Assembly (NCBI GenBank): GCA_963678315.1
Contig: OY782781.1
Coordinates: forward strand, 2,880,001-2,944,000
Source: Candidatus Cloacimonadales bacterium
GTDB taxonomy: Bacteria > Cloacimonadota > Cloacimonadia > Cloacimonadales > JAFGVF01
DNA: 64,000 nt
Reading direction: 5' to 3'
The notes under the pieces were generated by a model that was given only the letters and a program-made list of their open reading frames with translations, did not search any database and was not told the origin of the DNA. A program made the position numbers and the translations under genes. Below are positions 50,891-62,199 of this stretch, piece by piece. The first letter of the stretch is position 1. Each line of letters starts with the position of its first letter.

Positions 50891-53800
50891 ATGGAAGTTA
50901 AAATAGTCCCTTACAATGATAAATACGCAAAAGCAGTAGCGGTAATGTGGAGCCAGAGTAGCCAAGGTTGGAACGGATCTGAAATGTCTTTTTCAGAAGA
51001 GTCTGTAATCAATGAAGAAAAGAAAGGGAAAGTTGCAACAAATCTTGCCCTTTCAGGAGATAAAGTAGTAGGTTATTGTAATTTAGAAAGCGGTAAATTC
51101 GCTGATGCATATTATATTGGGCTATTAAATGTTCTTCCTGAGATGCACGGTAAAAAGATTGGGAAAAGGCTAATTTTGAAGGCACTTGATAAAACAATTG
51201 AAGATGGTATTAAGAGGTTAGATCTTCATACTTGGAGTGGGAATACTTTAGCTGTCCCATTGTATAAGAAGACTGGTTTTCTATGGCGAGAATCGCCTCA
51301 AGGTGTCCATTTAGTAAATTATATACCATATCTATTAACCCATGACTTCTTCAAAGAATTTTTTGCTAAGCTTGATTGGTATAAAGATAGAAGTGATGAG
51401 ATAATTGTTGAGCCAGATGGTAGACTGATTGATAATTTTTATGTATATGAATATAGTTGGAAGAACAATCAAGAAGAGTTAACTATTATTATTGAAGACA
51501 ATGGAAAATCTATATGCGGAATAGAAACAAAAGATTATTCACTTTCAATAGCCTGTCCCAACAAAGATTTAACAATTGGTCAGGAGCATATTGCAGAAGT
51601 CACATTTACTCCAAAGCAGGATAAAAACTTCGATTTAATAATAGATGGTGTAAGTAATAAGTATGTTAACATGGATTTTCATACAAAGGATGTTACTAAT
51701 CAGAAGAAAACATTCCCACTAGCATTCTCATTGAATCCGCAAGATAATAGTTTTGTAGCTTTACCATCACTTCCTACGGTAGGATGCAATATTTCTATTA
51801 ATGCCAAGAGCATAGCTTTAGGTTTGGGAATTAATCCCATCTATGCAGTAGATTTAAAGTTTGAAAGTAAACAAGACTTCTTTATAAAAAACAGTCAAAC
51901 TGAAGTTTTACTTTGGTGCAAAAACAATTCTGATAAGGATATAGAGATAGAGATTGATTTATCTAGCCTTGAGTGCTATACAGGAAATAATCTTTCTATT
52001 TCTATCAATTCTCATAAAGAAGCAAGTCTCACCGTGCCTCTTACAATGACTCAATCTATGTCAGGCAAATATATAATACCTGTTAAGTTCATAGATACAG
52101 ATATTCGAGCTATGATTCCTATGGAAGTATGCCTGGTGCTTCATAATGAATCAAAGTTAAGTGAGTTTAAATCTTGCCTTTTTTATTCTTACAACAACAT
52201 CAATTATGTATTAACGAAGTCAGGAAACCGAATTTTAAGAGTTAATAATAATGATTGTTTTTCACATTTGAACTTACCTATCTTAGGAGATAATTATACA
52301 AATGAATTTATTAAAGATGGTTATGAAGGTGCTGAAGTAGATTCACATAATATGTCTGTAACAGAAACAATGTTCAGTAATATTTATCCAGGTCTTAGGA
52401 TTGTTAGAATTACAAGTTTTGATAGAAATCATGTTAATGTACGTTTATCGGCTTTTAACGATTCAGCAAAGCAAATATCTAATATAAAACTTGCTCAAGG
52501 AATTGGAGGTTATCCACGATATCAGCACACTTATAAAGATGGAATATATAATCGAGGAATTGACTATCCTGATTTAGATCCTAAAAATATAACAGAACCA
52601 TGGTTGCTCTATAAAAAAGACAATAGTTCTATCTTAATGCTCTTTTCTGAACATGATTCTTTTGAGATAATCGGCTGGCAATGGCATTTAAAAAAAGCTA
52701 TAGATAGCCTCTCTGCTAAGCAAGAATGCATCGTGTTTGATATTAATTATTACTTTGACTTAGTCTCTAATTATCAGCAAGTTAGAAGGAATTTCTTTAA
52801 TAAAGAAGGATTTTTAAAAGAATACAGTCTCTTTAACGTAAATACATCTGACAACAATCCAGTTTATGATATTGATAAGACCCAGAAACTAGAATTTAGT
52901 ATAGAAGCAGTGGATATAGGAAGAGCTAATGTAGAATGCAATGGTCATGAAATTGCAATCTCAAACAACAATTTTAAAGATAGCTTTGATGCACTAAAAG
53001 AAGTTGGTTTAAATACTTATATCTTAAATTTTAACCAGTCCAATTGCCAATTTACCTATAAAAAGTGTTTCTTAGCTTTTAAAGCGGGATCACCTATAAC
53101 TAAGAAAGAAGATGACAGTCTAATTGTTAGCAATGCTTTCATAGAGATCTCAAGTGATATCAAACATCATCCAGGAATATATTCACTAAAGATAGATAAT
53201 CAGGAGATCCTAGACATATCTTATCCAAATCCTAAACCTCACGGCTGGTACAATCCTTGGTATGGTGGAATTGCTCTTACAGATCAACACAATGGGGCAG
53301 GTAGACTTATGAAAGAAGCATCAAGTCAGAAATTTGTATCTGTAAATGACGATTTTGGTAATTTATGGGAAGGTATTAGACTATCAACAAAATATAGTCA
53401 GGCTGATGACTGGAAAGAAGATGTAACAATTAACCAGTTCTATTTACTGCTAGCAAATTCACCTGTAATGATTGCTTTTGCTCTTTTTGATTATTCTCAC
53501 AAGAAAATTGATTCTAACAAAAATTGGAATCTTGAAGTATTCCTTGGGGGGGCTGACTTAAAGAATTATTCTGTTATAGCTAAAGAAGATAATATTCAAT
53601 ATAGAAAAATCAACTGTGGTATTTCCCAGAATTCATTAGAATCTAGAGTTTTACAAGTAAAGAGAAAAGACTGTCATAGCTTCATCTTCTTTTCTTCTAA
53701 CCCTAATAAAGACTCTTATGCTGTAGGAGCTGACAGATTTTTGAATCTTACAAGTAGCAACTTCCTTAAGAGAAAGAAAATCTCTGATAAAAAAGTAATA

Positions 53801-53896
53801 TCCGATATTCAGTTCATGGTATTTACTGAAGATCTCCCTGAATCAGAGGAGTTACATAAAATTCGAGAGATTTCTTTTAACTCTTTATTGAAATGA
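50891..53896 (+). CDS. Large protein with N-terminal GNAT acetyltransferase domain
   Basis: LLNVLPEMHGKKIGKRL, LHTWSGNTLAVPLYKKTGF; start 50891 after GGAGG. Confidence 0.8.
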   Translation: MEVKIVPYNDKYAKAVAVMWSQSSQGWNGSEMSFSEESVINEEKKGKVATNLALSGDKVVGYCNLESGKFADAYYIGLLNVLPEMHGKKIGKRLILKALDKTIEDGIKRLDLHTWSGNTLAVPLYKKTGFLWRESPQGVHLVNYIPYLLTHDFFKEFFAKLDWYKDRSDEIIVEPDGRLIDNFYVYEYSWKNNQEELTIIIEDNGKSICGIETKDYSLSIACPNKDLTIGQEHIAEVTFTPKQDKNFDLIIDGVSNKYVNMDFHTKDVTNQKKTFPLAFSLNPQDNSFVALPSLPTVGCNISINAKSIALGLGINPIYAVDLKFESKQDFFIKNSQTEVLLWCKNNSDKDIEIEIDLSSLECYTGNNLSISINSHKEASLTVPLTMTQSMSGKYIIPVKFIDTDIRAMIPMEVCLVLHNESKLSEFKSCLFYSYNNINYVLTKSGNRILRVNNNDCFSHLNLPILGDNYTNEFIKDGYEGAEVDSHNMSVTETMFSNIYPGLRIVRITSFDRNHVNVRLSAFNDSAKQISNIKLAQGIGGYPRYQHTYKDGIYNRGIDYPDLDPKNITEPWLLYKKDNSSILMLFSEHDSFEIIGWQWHLKKAIDSLSAKQECIVFDINYYFDLVSNYQQVRRNFFNKEGFLKEYSLFNVNTSDNNPVYDIDKTQKLEFSIEAVDIGRANVECNGHEIAISNNNFKDSFDALKEVGLNTYILNFNQSNCQFTYKKCFLAFKAGSPITKKEDDSLIVSNAFIEISSDIKHHPGIYSLKIDNQEILDISYPNPKPHGWYNPWYGGIALTDQHNGAGRLMKEASSQKFVSVNDDFGNLWEGIRLSTKYSQADDWKEDVTINQFYLLLANSPVMIAFALFDYSHKKIDSNKNWNLEVFLGGADLKNYSVIAKEDNIQYRKINCGISQNSLESRVLQVKRKDCHSFIFFSSNPNKDSYAVGADRFLNLTSSNFLKRKKISDKKVISDIQFMVFTEDLPESEELHKIREISFNSLLK

Positions 53897-54099
53897 TGAA
53901 ATGATACACGTCCCAGAGTAACAACTTAGGAAAACATGTTCAGAGCCTTGAAAAATCAAGGCTCTTTGTTTTTGCTTTATTTCCCAAAATAAAATCTGCA
54001 ATAGACTAACTAAAGCATTAGTCGAAGAGACCTTTTTTCCAAACATCTCTACATCCTTACTTGCCTCATTGAAAAAAAGCCGATTTTTCAAGGAGACCC

Positions 54100-55140
54100 T
54101 TAAGGAAGGAGTTATGAGTGCGGAGTGAGGAGTTATGAATTAGGACAGGAGTCTCGGAGGGACGACATGGACATACTGGGATCGCTAGCCTCTGTGCTGG
54201 CTTCACTTAGAACATAGTGATAAGTGAGCCCATCAAGCTGATGGCCTTCCGACTTTGCAGGATAGCCGGCTATTCAAATACATAGAACACAGATAACACA
54301 GATTATACAGATAAAAAATGTTTAGATGTTTAGTTGTTAAGAGGTTTAATTGTTTAGGGTCTGGATTTGTGTAGCTTAGTGTTTTTTCGTGTCATTGTGT
54401 TAAATATGTTTTTAGTCCTGAAAGGACGACATTTATTAGCATGGGTCTTGCACCCCATGTAACATGATATAAAAGGTTTTAGTCCCAGAGGGACGACATA
54501 ATGAAAAATTAAAAGTGAATAATGAAAAATTATTGATGGACTGTAAGCATCCACCAATAGGTTGAAAATAGTTCATGCTTACACTAAGAGATGTTTTAAA
54601 ACATCTCCATAAATTCACATATCACTATGTACTAAGTGAAGCCATCAAGCTGATGGCGTTCCGACTTTGCAGGATAGTCGGCTATTCAAATACATAGAAC
54701 ACAGATAACACAGATTATACAGATAAAAAATGTTTAGATGTTTAGTTGTTAAGAGGTTTAATTGTTTAGGGTCTGGATTTGTGTAGCTTAGTGTTTTTTC
54801 GTGTCATTGTGTTAAATATGTTTTTAGTCCTGAAAGGACGACATTTATTAGCATGGGGTCTTGCACCCCATGTAACATGATATAAAAGGTTTTAGTCCCA
54901 GAGGGACGACATAATGAAAAATTAAAAGTGAATAATGAAAAATTATTGATGGACTGTAAGCATCCATCAACAGGTTGAACATAGTTCATGCTTACACTAA
55001 GAGATGTTTTAAAACATCTCCATAAATTCACATATCACTATGTACTAAGTGAAGCCATCAAGCTGATGGCGTTCCGACTTTGCAGGATACTCTCAAAGGA
55101 GTAAACAAAAAAGCCCATGAGTTCTATCGTGGTTTAAGTC
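54100..55140. repeat. 412/413-bp tandem duplication built from many different short palindromes and 7-9-mer repeats
   Basis: catcaagctg recurs at 54231, 54643 and 55056; sub-motifs shared with 6743-7048 and 8839-8878. Confidence 0.9.
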
Positions 55141-55157
55141 ATGTCAAAATAAACAGG

Positions 55158-55811
55158 TTAAAAGAGTCCAGGAATTGTAGCTTGTGAACAAGGTGAGAAT
55201 GATAGTCTATGGTGTTTTGTTATGCCATGCTTATCAATAGCTTGCATGTGTTCTTTAGTAGGATAGCCTTTATTCTTCTTCCAATTATAGACCGGATGTT
55301 TTTCATGGAGTTCAAGCATTATATTATCTCTAGTAACTTTTGCCAGCACTGAAGCAGCCGCGATTGAGAGATATTTGCTATCACCTTTAATGATAAATCT
55401 AGATTTACTAGCATTTCTAGGAGGAAGTTTATTGCCATCTATGAGACACAAGTCTGGATTAACTGACAAGGATTCGATAGCTCTATCCATTCCTTCCAGC
55501 GATGCCCATAAGATGTTAAGAGTGTCAATAGTTTCAGGGTCAATTAAGATTATTGAATAAGATTGAGCATATTTTTTAATCAAAGGAAAAAGCTTATTTC
55601 TTTTACTTTCGGAGAGTTTCTTAGAATCATTTAATGTTTCTACTAAGTATTTAATCTCTTCATTGTCGTTATTTTCAAGTATATCTAAATTAAATGATAC
55701 TGCAGCGCAGACAACAGGTCCGGCCAAAGGACCACGACCTGCTTCATCTGCTCCACAAACTATTTTATAATCTTTTAGTATCTTTAATTCATTATTTAGA
55801 AGTTCAGACAT
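55158..55811 (-). CDS. rnhB: Ribonuclease HII
   Basis: GADEAGRGPLAGPV, DSKKLS, IDGN, IAAASVLAKVTRD, NKGYPT. Confidence 0.96.
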   Translation of the reverse strand: MSELLNNELKILKDYKIVCGADEAGRGPLAGPVVCAAVSFNLDILENNDNEEIKYLVETLNDSKKLSESKRNKLFPLIKKYAQSYSIILIDPETIDTLNILWASLEGMDRAIESLSVNPDLCLIDGNKLPPRNASKSRFIIKGDSKYLSIAAASVLAKVTRDNIMLELHEKHPVYNWKKNKGYPTKEHMQAIDKHGITKHHRLSFSPCSQATIPGLF

Positions 55812-55813
55812 AA

Positions 55814-57517
55814 CTATTTAGCAATGAAATATATTCTAGAGAATCTTTCATCAAGATCTTCAGGGTAGTAGTTAATTAGATTCATGTTATCATTGTTGTT
55901 ATAGACAGCGATAAGCTCAAATCCTGCTTTATCTAGCAAGTCTCTGATTCTACGAACTGGATAAATTCTTTGATAATGTGTCTCTTGTATGTTCTTACAG
56001 AAAAATCTTTCTTTCTTATAAATATCTAAGAAAGACTTTTGCAGACTCTCATCTGGGTCCCAATCACTAGTATGCAGAACTTTGTAATCAGCATACTCTT
56101 CATAATTGATAAAGCCATCAAGGATTTCTTCACAATTATAGATTGTAGAAATATCGAATATAAAAAGCCCAGTTTTTGACATAGCTTTCTTAACATTCTT
56201 AAAACAAGTTAAAACATGGTCCTCACTTAGCAGATAATTTATACTGTCAAAGACGCATAAAGTTAGATCAATGTCTGCTACAGGTAATTCTTCTAACATA
56301 TTATGTCTAAATAGATTAAGTTCAGCTTCTTTCTTTTCTGCAATATGAAGCATTCCTTCTGATATATCACCAGCAAAAACCTCATTTTCAGGATTCACCA
56401 TTCTTTTAGCAATCTCACCAGTACCACAGGCAAGCTCATAAATTCTTTTTACTTTATGAGAAGAATATTGTGAAACCCAATTCTTAATCTTAGAAGTCCA
56501 CTTATCATAGCTAACATGAGCCATATAGTTATCATAGAAGTTACCAAACTCATTATAGGTCTTCTCTTGGATAACATCATCAACCAAGCGACTTTCCACC
56601 CAATGAATAGCAGACTTCATAGATGTGAAGTCAGCACTGTTATCTTTAGCGATATCAAAAGCTGTACCATGGTCTGCTGAAGCTCTATAGATTGGTAGTC
56701 CAAGAGTCACATTTACTCCTGCCCCATCAGCAAGCATTTTGAAGGGAATTAACCCCTGATCATGATAGGGGGATATTACAAAATCATAGTTATCTTTTGC
56801 ATAAGAGAAAAAAGTATCTGCCGGGAAAGGTCCTTCAAGGTCATGGCCATTAGCTTTAATTTTTCCCACTAGAGATTTGAACATCTCATCAGTTAGACCA
56901 AAGGCACCATCTTCACCTGCGTGAGGATTCTTACCTAGAAGAGCAAACTTAGGATTCTTTATAATCTTAGATACTTCTAGGCAGATAAGAGAAATCTTGT
57001 CATAGGCATACTTTTCATCTATTATCTCAGCCAATTGATGAAGTGGATAATGGGTCGTTAGAAGTCCAACTTTGATATCATTAGACCAGAAGGTCATCGC
57101 CACATCACTAGCATTTAAGATCTTTTCTAAGAACTCAGTATGACCTATAAAGTCTTTGTGACTTTCACGAATATACTTCTTTGAAAGTGGTGCTGTTACA
57201 ATAGCATCAAGCTTTCCATTCTTTGCATCATTGCTGCATCTTTCTAAAATACTATAAGCAAGCTTACCGCTCAATGTTGAGGGGCAACCGAGCTGAATTT
57301 CCTTATCATTAATGTCGATATGATATATTTTGCCTGATTCTACAGCTTGGTCAATATCTTCAATCTTAATTGCTTTATGACCATTTTGATTTTCGATATA
57401 TTTGCCATATACAACATAAGCTACATTATCTTGTAGCTTATGGTATTTTAAACTTTTAGCTGTAATTTCAGGACCAATACCAGCAGGATCGCCGGTAGTA
57501 ATCCCAATTCTTTTCAC
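55814..57517 (-). CDS. pdxA: PdxA-family dehydrogenase fused to a class I SAM methyltransferase
   Basis: GDPAGIGPE, NPHAGE, YHDQG, DHGTAFDIA, then YELACGTG and CVFDSINY. Confidence 0.85.
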   Translation of the reverse strand: MKRIGITTGDPAGIGPEITAKSLKYHKLQDNVAYVVYGKYIENQNGHKAIKIEDIDQAVESGKIYHIDINDKEIQLGCPSTLSGKLAYSILERCSNDAKNGKLDAIVTAPLSKKYIRESHKDFIGHTEFLEKILNASDVAMTFWSNDIKVGLLTTHYPLHQLAEIIDEKYAYDKISLICLEVSKIIKNPKFALLGKNPHAGEDGAFGLTDEMFKSLVGKIKANGHDLEGPFPADTFFSYAKDNYDFVISPYHDQGLIPFKMLADGAGVNVTLGLPIYRASADHGTAFDIAKDNSADFTSMKSAIHWVESRLVDDVIQEKTYNEFGNFYDNYMAHVSYDKWTSKIKNWVSQYSSHKVKRIYELACGTGEIAKRMVNPENEVFAGDISEGMLHIAEKKEAELNLFRHNMLEELPVADIDLTLCVFDSINYLLSEDHVLTCFKNVKKAMSKTGLFIFDISTIYNCEEILDGFINYEEYADYKVLHTSDWDPDESLQKSFLDIYKKERFFCKNIQETHYQRIYPVRRIRDLLDKAGFELIAVYNNNDNMNLINYYPEDLDERFSRIYFIAK

Positions 57518-58305
57518 TATTTATCACTCCTACCTGGTTTAGTAAGAGGAATTCCATCTTTGCATAGTGGACATTCTTCTGCTTCCCAAGAAACAGCATC
57601 AACAGTAAGTAATGCTTCGACAGGAGTTCCAAAATCGATAGTACCATTAGATCTATCAACTAATAGACCTATAGCTACACATTCCATGCCTTTATCTTCA
57701 AGAAGTTTTTTCACTTCAAAAATAGAACCACCTGTAGTTGTCACATCTTCAATAATAAGTGCTTTCATACCAGGCTTTACATCAAAACCAGAACGGAATG
57801 ACATTTCTCCATCCTTTCTTTGTGAGAAGGCAAATGGTTTGTTTAGCTGTTTAGCAACTTCATAACCAAGAACTATAGCCCCATAAGCAGGTCCAATTAC
57901 TATATCAGCATTGTAGTCAGCAAGTCTCTTTGCTAGCATATTACATAATATTGCAACTTTAGCTGGATTTTGGATTACTTTAATCTTTTCAAAATATTGG
58001 TTACTGTGTCTGCCAGAAGTTAAAAGGAAATGGCCATCTAATTTAGCGCCGATTTCAATAAAAATTCTTTCTGTAAGATAACTATCACTGATATCTTCGA
58101 GGAATTCTTTAGCATCTTCAAGTTCTTCTTTGATAACTTGCACTTCTAAGAACATAGTATCTCCACCAGCTACTCCTGGTAGGTTTGAAACCATGTATTC
58201 ATTCTTTAAATTTACAGTAAAATTGTTGTCTTCAAGTAGTTCTTTAACTAGTTCTGCTTCAAATATGTCTGTATAACTTCTAAGAGTAACGAAACTGTTT
58301 TCCAT
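57517..58305 (-). CDS. pyrE: Orotate phosphoribosyltransferase with N-terminal DUF2007-like domain
   Basis: GHFLLTSGRHS, IIEDVTTTGGS; N-terminal EAELVKELLEDN...VQV...EDAKEFL. Confidence 0.9.
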   Translation of the reverse strand: MENSFVTLRSYTDIFEAELVKELLEDNNFTVNLKNEYMVSNLPGVAGGDTMFLEVQVIKEELEDAKEFLEDISDSYLTERIFIEIGAKLDGHFLLTSGRHSNQYFEKIKVIQNPAKVAILCNMLAKRLADYNADIVIGPAYGAIVLGYEVAKQLNKPFAFSQRKDGEMSFRSGFDVKPGMKALIIEDVTTTGGSIFEVKKLLEDKGMECVAIGLLVDRSNGTIDFGTPVEALLTVDAVSWEAEECPLCKDGIPLTKPGRSDK

Positions 58306-58401
58306 TGTTCCTCCAATGATGTTAGGAATTTATATAAAGTCATGTTTTCTTGTTTATGTTATTAACTAGTGAATATTTTTAGTTATTGAGTAGCTAATAA
58401 G

Positions 58402-58423
58402 AAGGGGCTAATTTCTCAGCCCC
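58402..58423 (-). terminator. Hairpin downstream of the aminotransferase
   Basis: ggggct-aatttctc-agcccc. Confidence 0.45.
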
Positions 58424-58456
58424 ATACCTTCTATTTATAATCTAATTAACTTTGAC

Positions 58457-59653
58457 TTATCTGTCAAGCTTCTTATATTCTTCAAGTCCAGATTTAAAGA
58501 TAGCCATAGCCTTTCTGAGGTCTTCTTCTTTTAAAATATAAGCGAAACGAACTTCATTAAGTCCCATATTCTCAGTTGCATAGAAGCCTTGAGCTGGGGC
58601 AACCATAACTGTTTCATTATTAACAGAATATTCTTCTAACATCCACTGAACAAAATCTTCTGCATTAGCAATAGGTAACTTAGCAACAATATAGAAAGCA
58701 CCTTCTGGTTTAACACAAACTAATCCATCTATAGTTTGCAATTCTTCGAAGACAATATCTCTTCTCTTACAATATTCATCTTTGATATCATTGATATATT
58801 TATCATCCAAGTTAACACAAGCTTCACCTGCTTTTTGGTCAATAGTTGGAGGACATAATCTAGCTTGAGCAAGCTTAAGAACTGCTTTCATTAGGTCTTT
58901 ATTCTTGGAAACAAGGCAACCAATTCTAGCACCACAAGCACTATATCTTTTTGAAATAGAATCAACTAAGATTGCATGTTCTTCAAGGCCTTCGATTTCC
59001 ATTATTGAAGTAGCTTTGCCTCCATCATAAACAAACTCTCTATAAACTTCATCAGAGATAATATATAAATCATTTTCTTTAGCTAAATCAGCAACCATTT
59101 GCACAGTTTCTTTAGGATATACTTTACCAGTAGGATTACCAGGATTACAAATCATAATAGCCTTAGTTTTTGGACTGATTAATTTAGCTATTTCTTCTTT
59201 AGAAGGTAACTCAAATCCATTTTCAGCATAGGTTGTTATTGGTTTAAGAATAACACCTGCAGAAGTTGAAAAACCATTATAGTTAGTATAGAATGGTTCT
59301 GGAAGTAATATCTCATCACCAGGATTACATGTTGCCATCATAGCAAATACAAGTGCTTCAGAACCAGCAGTAGTAACAATAACTTCATCATCAGTAATTT
59401 TTATATCATGTTTGCCATAATATTTAACTAATGCTTTTCTATATGATGCCAAACCTTGTGAAGGTCCGTAAGCCAATACTTTATCACTAAAATTATGATA
59501 AACATCCATCATTTCTTTTGGAGTTTCAATATCAGGTTGACCGATATTTAAATGATAAACTTTAATACCTCTTGCCTTTGCACTATCAGAGAAAGGAAGA
59601 AACTTACGAATTGGAGAAGCTTGCATACTCTCCACACGTTGAGATAATTTCAT
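58457..59653 (-). CDS. PLP-dependent class I/II (aspartate-type) aminotransferase
   Basis: LNIGQPD, CNPGNPTG, SDEVY, SISKRYSACGARIG. Confidence 0.92.
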   Translation of the reverse strand: MKLSQRVESMQASPIRKFLPFSDSAKARGIKVYHLNIGQPDIETPKEMMDVYHNFSDKVLAYGPSQGLASYRKALVKYYGKHDIKITDDEVIVTTAGSEALVFAMMATCNPGDEILLPEPFYTNYNGFSTSAGVILKPITTYAENGFELPSKEEIAKLISPKTKAIMICNPGNPTGKVYPKETVQMVADLAKENDLYIISDEVYREFVYDGGKATSIMEIEGLEEHAILVDSISKRYSACGARIGCLVSKNKDLMKAVLKLAQARLCPPTIDQKAGEACVNLDDKYINDIKDEYCKRRDIVFEELQTIDGLVCVKPEGAFYIVAKLPIANAEDFVQWMLEEYSVNNETVMVAPAQGFYATENMGLNEVRFAYILKEEDLRKAMAIFKSGLEEYKKLDR

Positions 59654-59959
59654 ACTACACCTCGAACTAATATATTTTTTTGAGGTAAATATTATTTTTC
59701 AAGCTTTTATGGCAAGGAAATATTTTACTATTTTCCTCGAACTCTTAAACTCTTATTATTTAACAACTTAATCAACACAATAGGTTAAGACAATTAGACT
59801 TTAGTAATATGTCATAATTCCTAGAGATAAAAATGCAACACATGATAAACAAAAATAACTTAATAGTGTTAATGTGAATAGCTAATGAAAATCTTTGACA
59901 GGAAATTAATAAGATTAATCATGTCACATAGGAAAAAAAATATAATAGGAGATTTTATT

Positions 59960-61204
59960 ATGTCAGGAAAATTAAATCTAACTAAATCTATGAAGATGTA
60001 TGAAGAAGCTTTAGAGCTTGTTCCAGGTGCTGTAGCAGGTATTAGAAGACCTTACAACTTTGTTCCCGGTGAATACCCAATATTCTTTGACCATGCTAAA
60101 GGTGGTAAAGTATGGGATGTTGATGGTAATGAATATCTTGATTTCTTATGTGCTTATGGTCCTATCATTATTGGACATCGTGAAGAAGTTATTGATGAAG
60201 CAGTGATTGAACAAATTAGAACAAAAGGCTTCTGTTTCTCATTAACACAAGAAGTTCAAAATAAGCTTATCAGAAAATTACAAGAACATATTCCTTCATG
60301 CGAGATGGCTGCTTTACTTAAAACTGGTTCAGATTCAACAACTGCTGCTATTAGAGTAGCTAGAGCTTATACCGATAGGAAGAAAATCATTAGATGTGGT
60401 TATCACGGATGGCATGATTGGTGCTGTGAAGTGAAAGGTGGAATTCTTGAAAAGAACTATGAAGATACTTTAGAATTTACTTATAATCATCTTGATGAAT
60501 TAGAAGATTTAATGAAAAAGCACGGTGATGATGTAGCTGGTATTATTGTAACTCCAGTAGGTCATCCTCTAGGTCATGAAGTTGAAATGCCAAAAGCAGG
60601 CTTCTTAGAAGGTGTAAGAGATATTGCAACAAAACATGGTTCTGTTTTAATCTTTGATGAAATCAGATCAGGTTTTAGATGCTCTTTAGGTGGCGCTCAA
60701 AAATACTTTGGAGTTACTCCTGATTTATCTACATTCGGTAAAGCTATGGCTAACGGTTATGCAATTGCTGCTCTAGTAGGTAAAAAAGAGTTTATGAAAG
60801 TGTTAGCAGATAAAGCATTCTTATCATCTACTTACTTCCCAAATAGTGATTCACAAGTTGCTTCTTTAGCTACAATTAAGTTCTTAGAAGAAAACAATGT
60901 GCTTGATGTAATTCATGATAAAGGCCTTAGATTCGGACAAACTGTTAGTAAGATTGTTGAAGAATCAGGCTTACCAATTAACTTCTCTGGTTCTCCTTGG
61001 ATGCCTTTCTTAACATTCAGACCTGATGCTGATAAGATTTATAAAAAAGCTAGAGTTCAATTCTATTCTGAGCTAATCAGAAGAGGTGTTTTCTTACAAC
61101 CTTACCACCATGGTTATATTGCATTTAGACACACTGAAGAAGAATTAACTCATGCTGCGAATATGATAAAAGAAGCTCTTAACGAGATTAAATCTATATA
61201 CTAA
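59960..61204 (+). CDS. kat: Class III aminotransferase, probably 3-aminobutyryl-CoA aminotransferase Kat
   Basis: HemL-like fold (WDVDGNEYLD, FDEIRSGFR, FGKAMANG) immediately upstream of kce; start ATG 59960 after GGAG. Confidence 0.75.
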   Translation: MSGKLNLTKSMKMYEEALELVPGAVAGIRRPYNFVPGEYPIFFDHAKGGKVWDVDGNEYLDFLCAYGPIIIGHREEVIDEAVIEQIRTKGFCFSLTQEVQNKLIRKLQEHIPSCEMAALLKTGSDSTTAAIRVARAYTDRKKIIRCGYHGWHDWCCEVKGGILEKNYEDTLEFTYNHLDELEDLMKKHGDDVAGIIVTPVGHPLGHEVEMPKAGFLEGVRDIATKHGSVLIFDEIRSGFRCSLGGAQKYFGVTPDLSTFGKAMANGYAIAALVGKKEFMKVLADKAFLSSTYFPNSDSQVASLATIKFLEENNVLDVIHDKGLRFGQTVSKIVEESGLPINFSGSPWMPFLTFRPDADKIYKKARVQFYSELIRRGVFLQPYHHGYIAFRHTEEELTHAANMIKEALNEIKSIY

Positions 61205-61223
61205 AAAATAATATAATATGTGA

Positions 61224-62063
<840 letters not shown>

Positions 62064-62086
62064 GAATTCTATCTTAAAGATATATT

Positions 62087-62117
62087 AGAGATTGTTCAAT
62101 GAGCAATCTCTTTTTTT
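62087..62117 (+). terminator. Intrinsic terminator after kce
   Basis: agagattgttc-aat-gagcaatctct followed by a T-run. Confidence 0.85.
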
Positions 62118-62199
62118 GTGTATCAAATATAATATAATTCTTGCTTACTTTACACTGTTTTCTGAAAATGTCCAAACTAATCTAAACGAGAGGACTTTT

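Noticed and set aside
53894..53899. Selenocysteine readthrough at the GNAT gene stop
   Set aside because: Two consecutive TGA codons, no redox motif and no convincing hairpin or downstream domain.
53885..55031. Short ORFs 53885-54091, 54354-54557, 54436-54618 and 54804-55031
   Set aside because: They lie in or beside the repeat mosaic, have no RBS or recognisable motifs, and are duplicated only because the DNA is.
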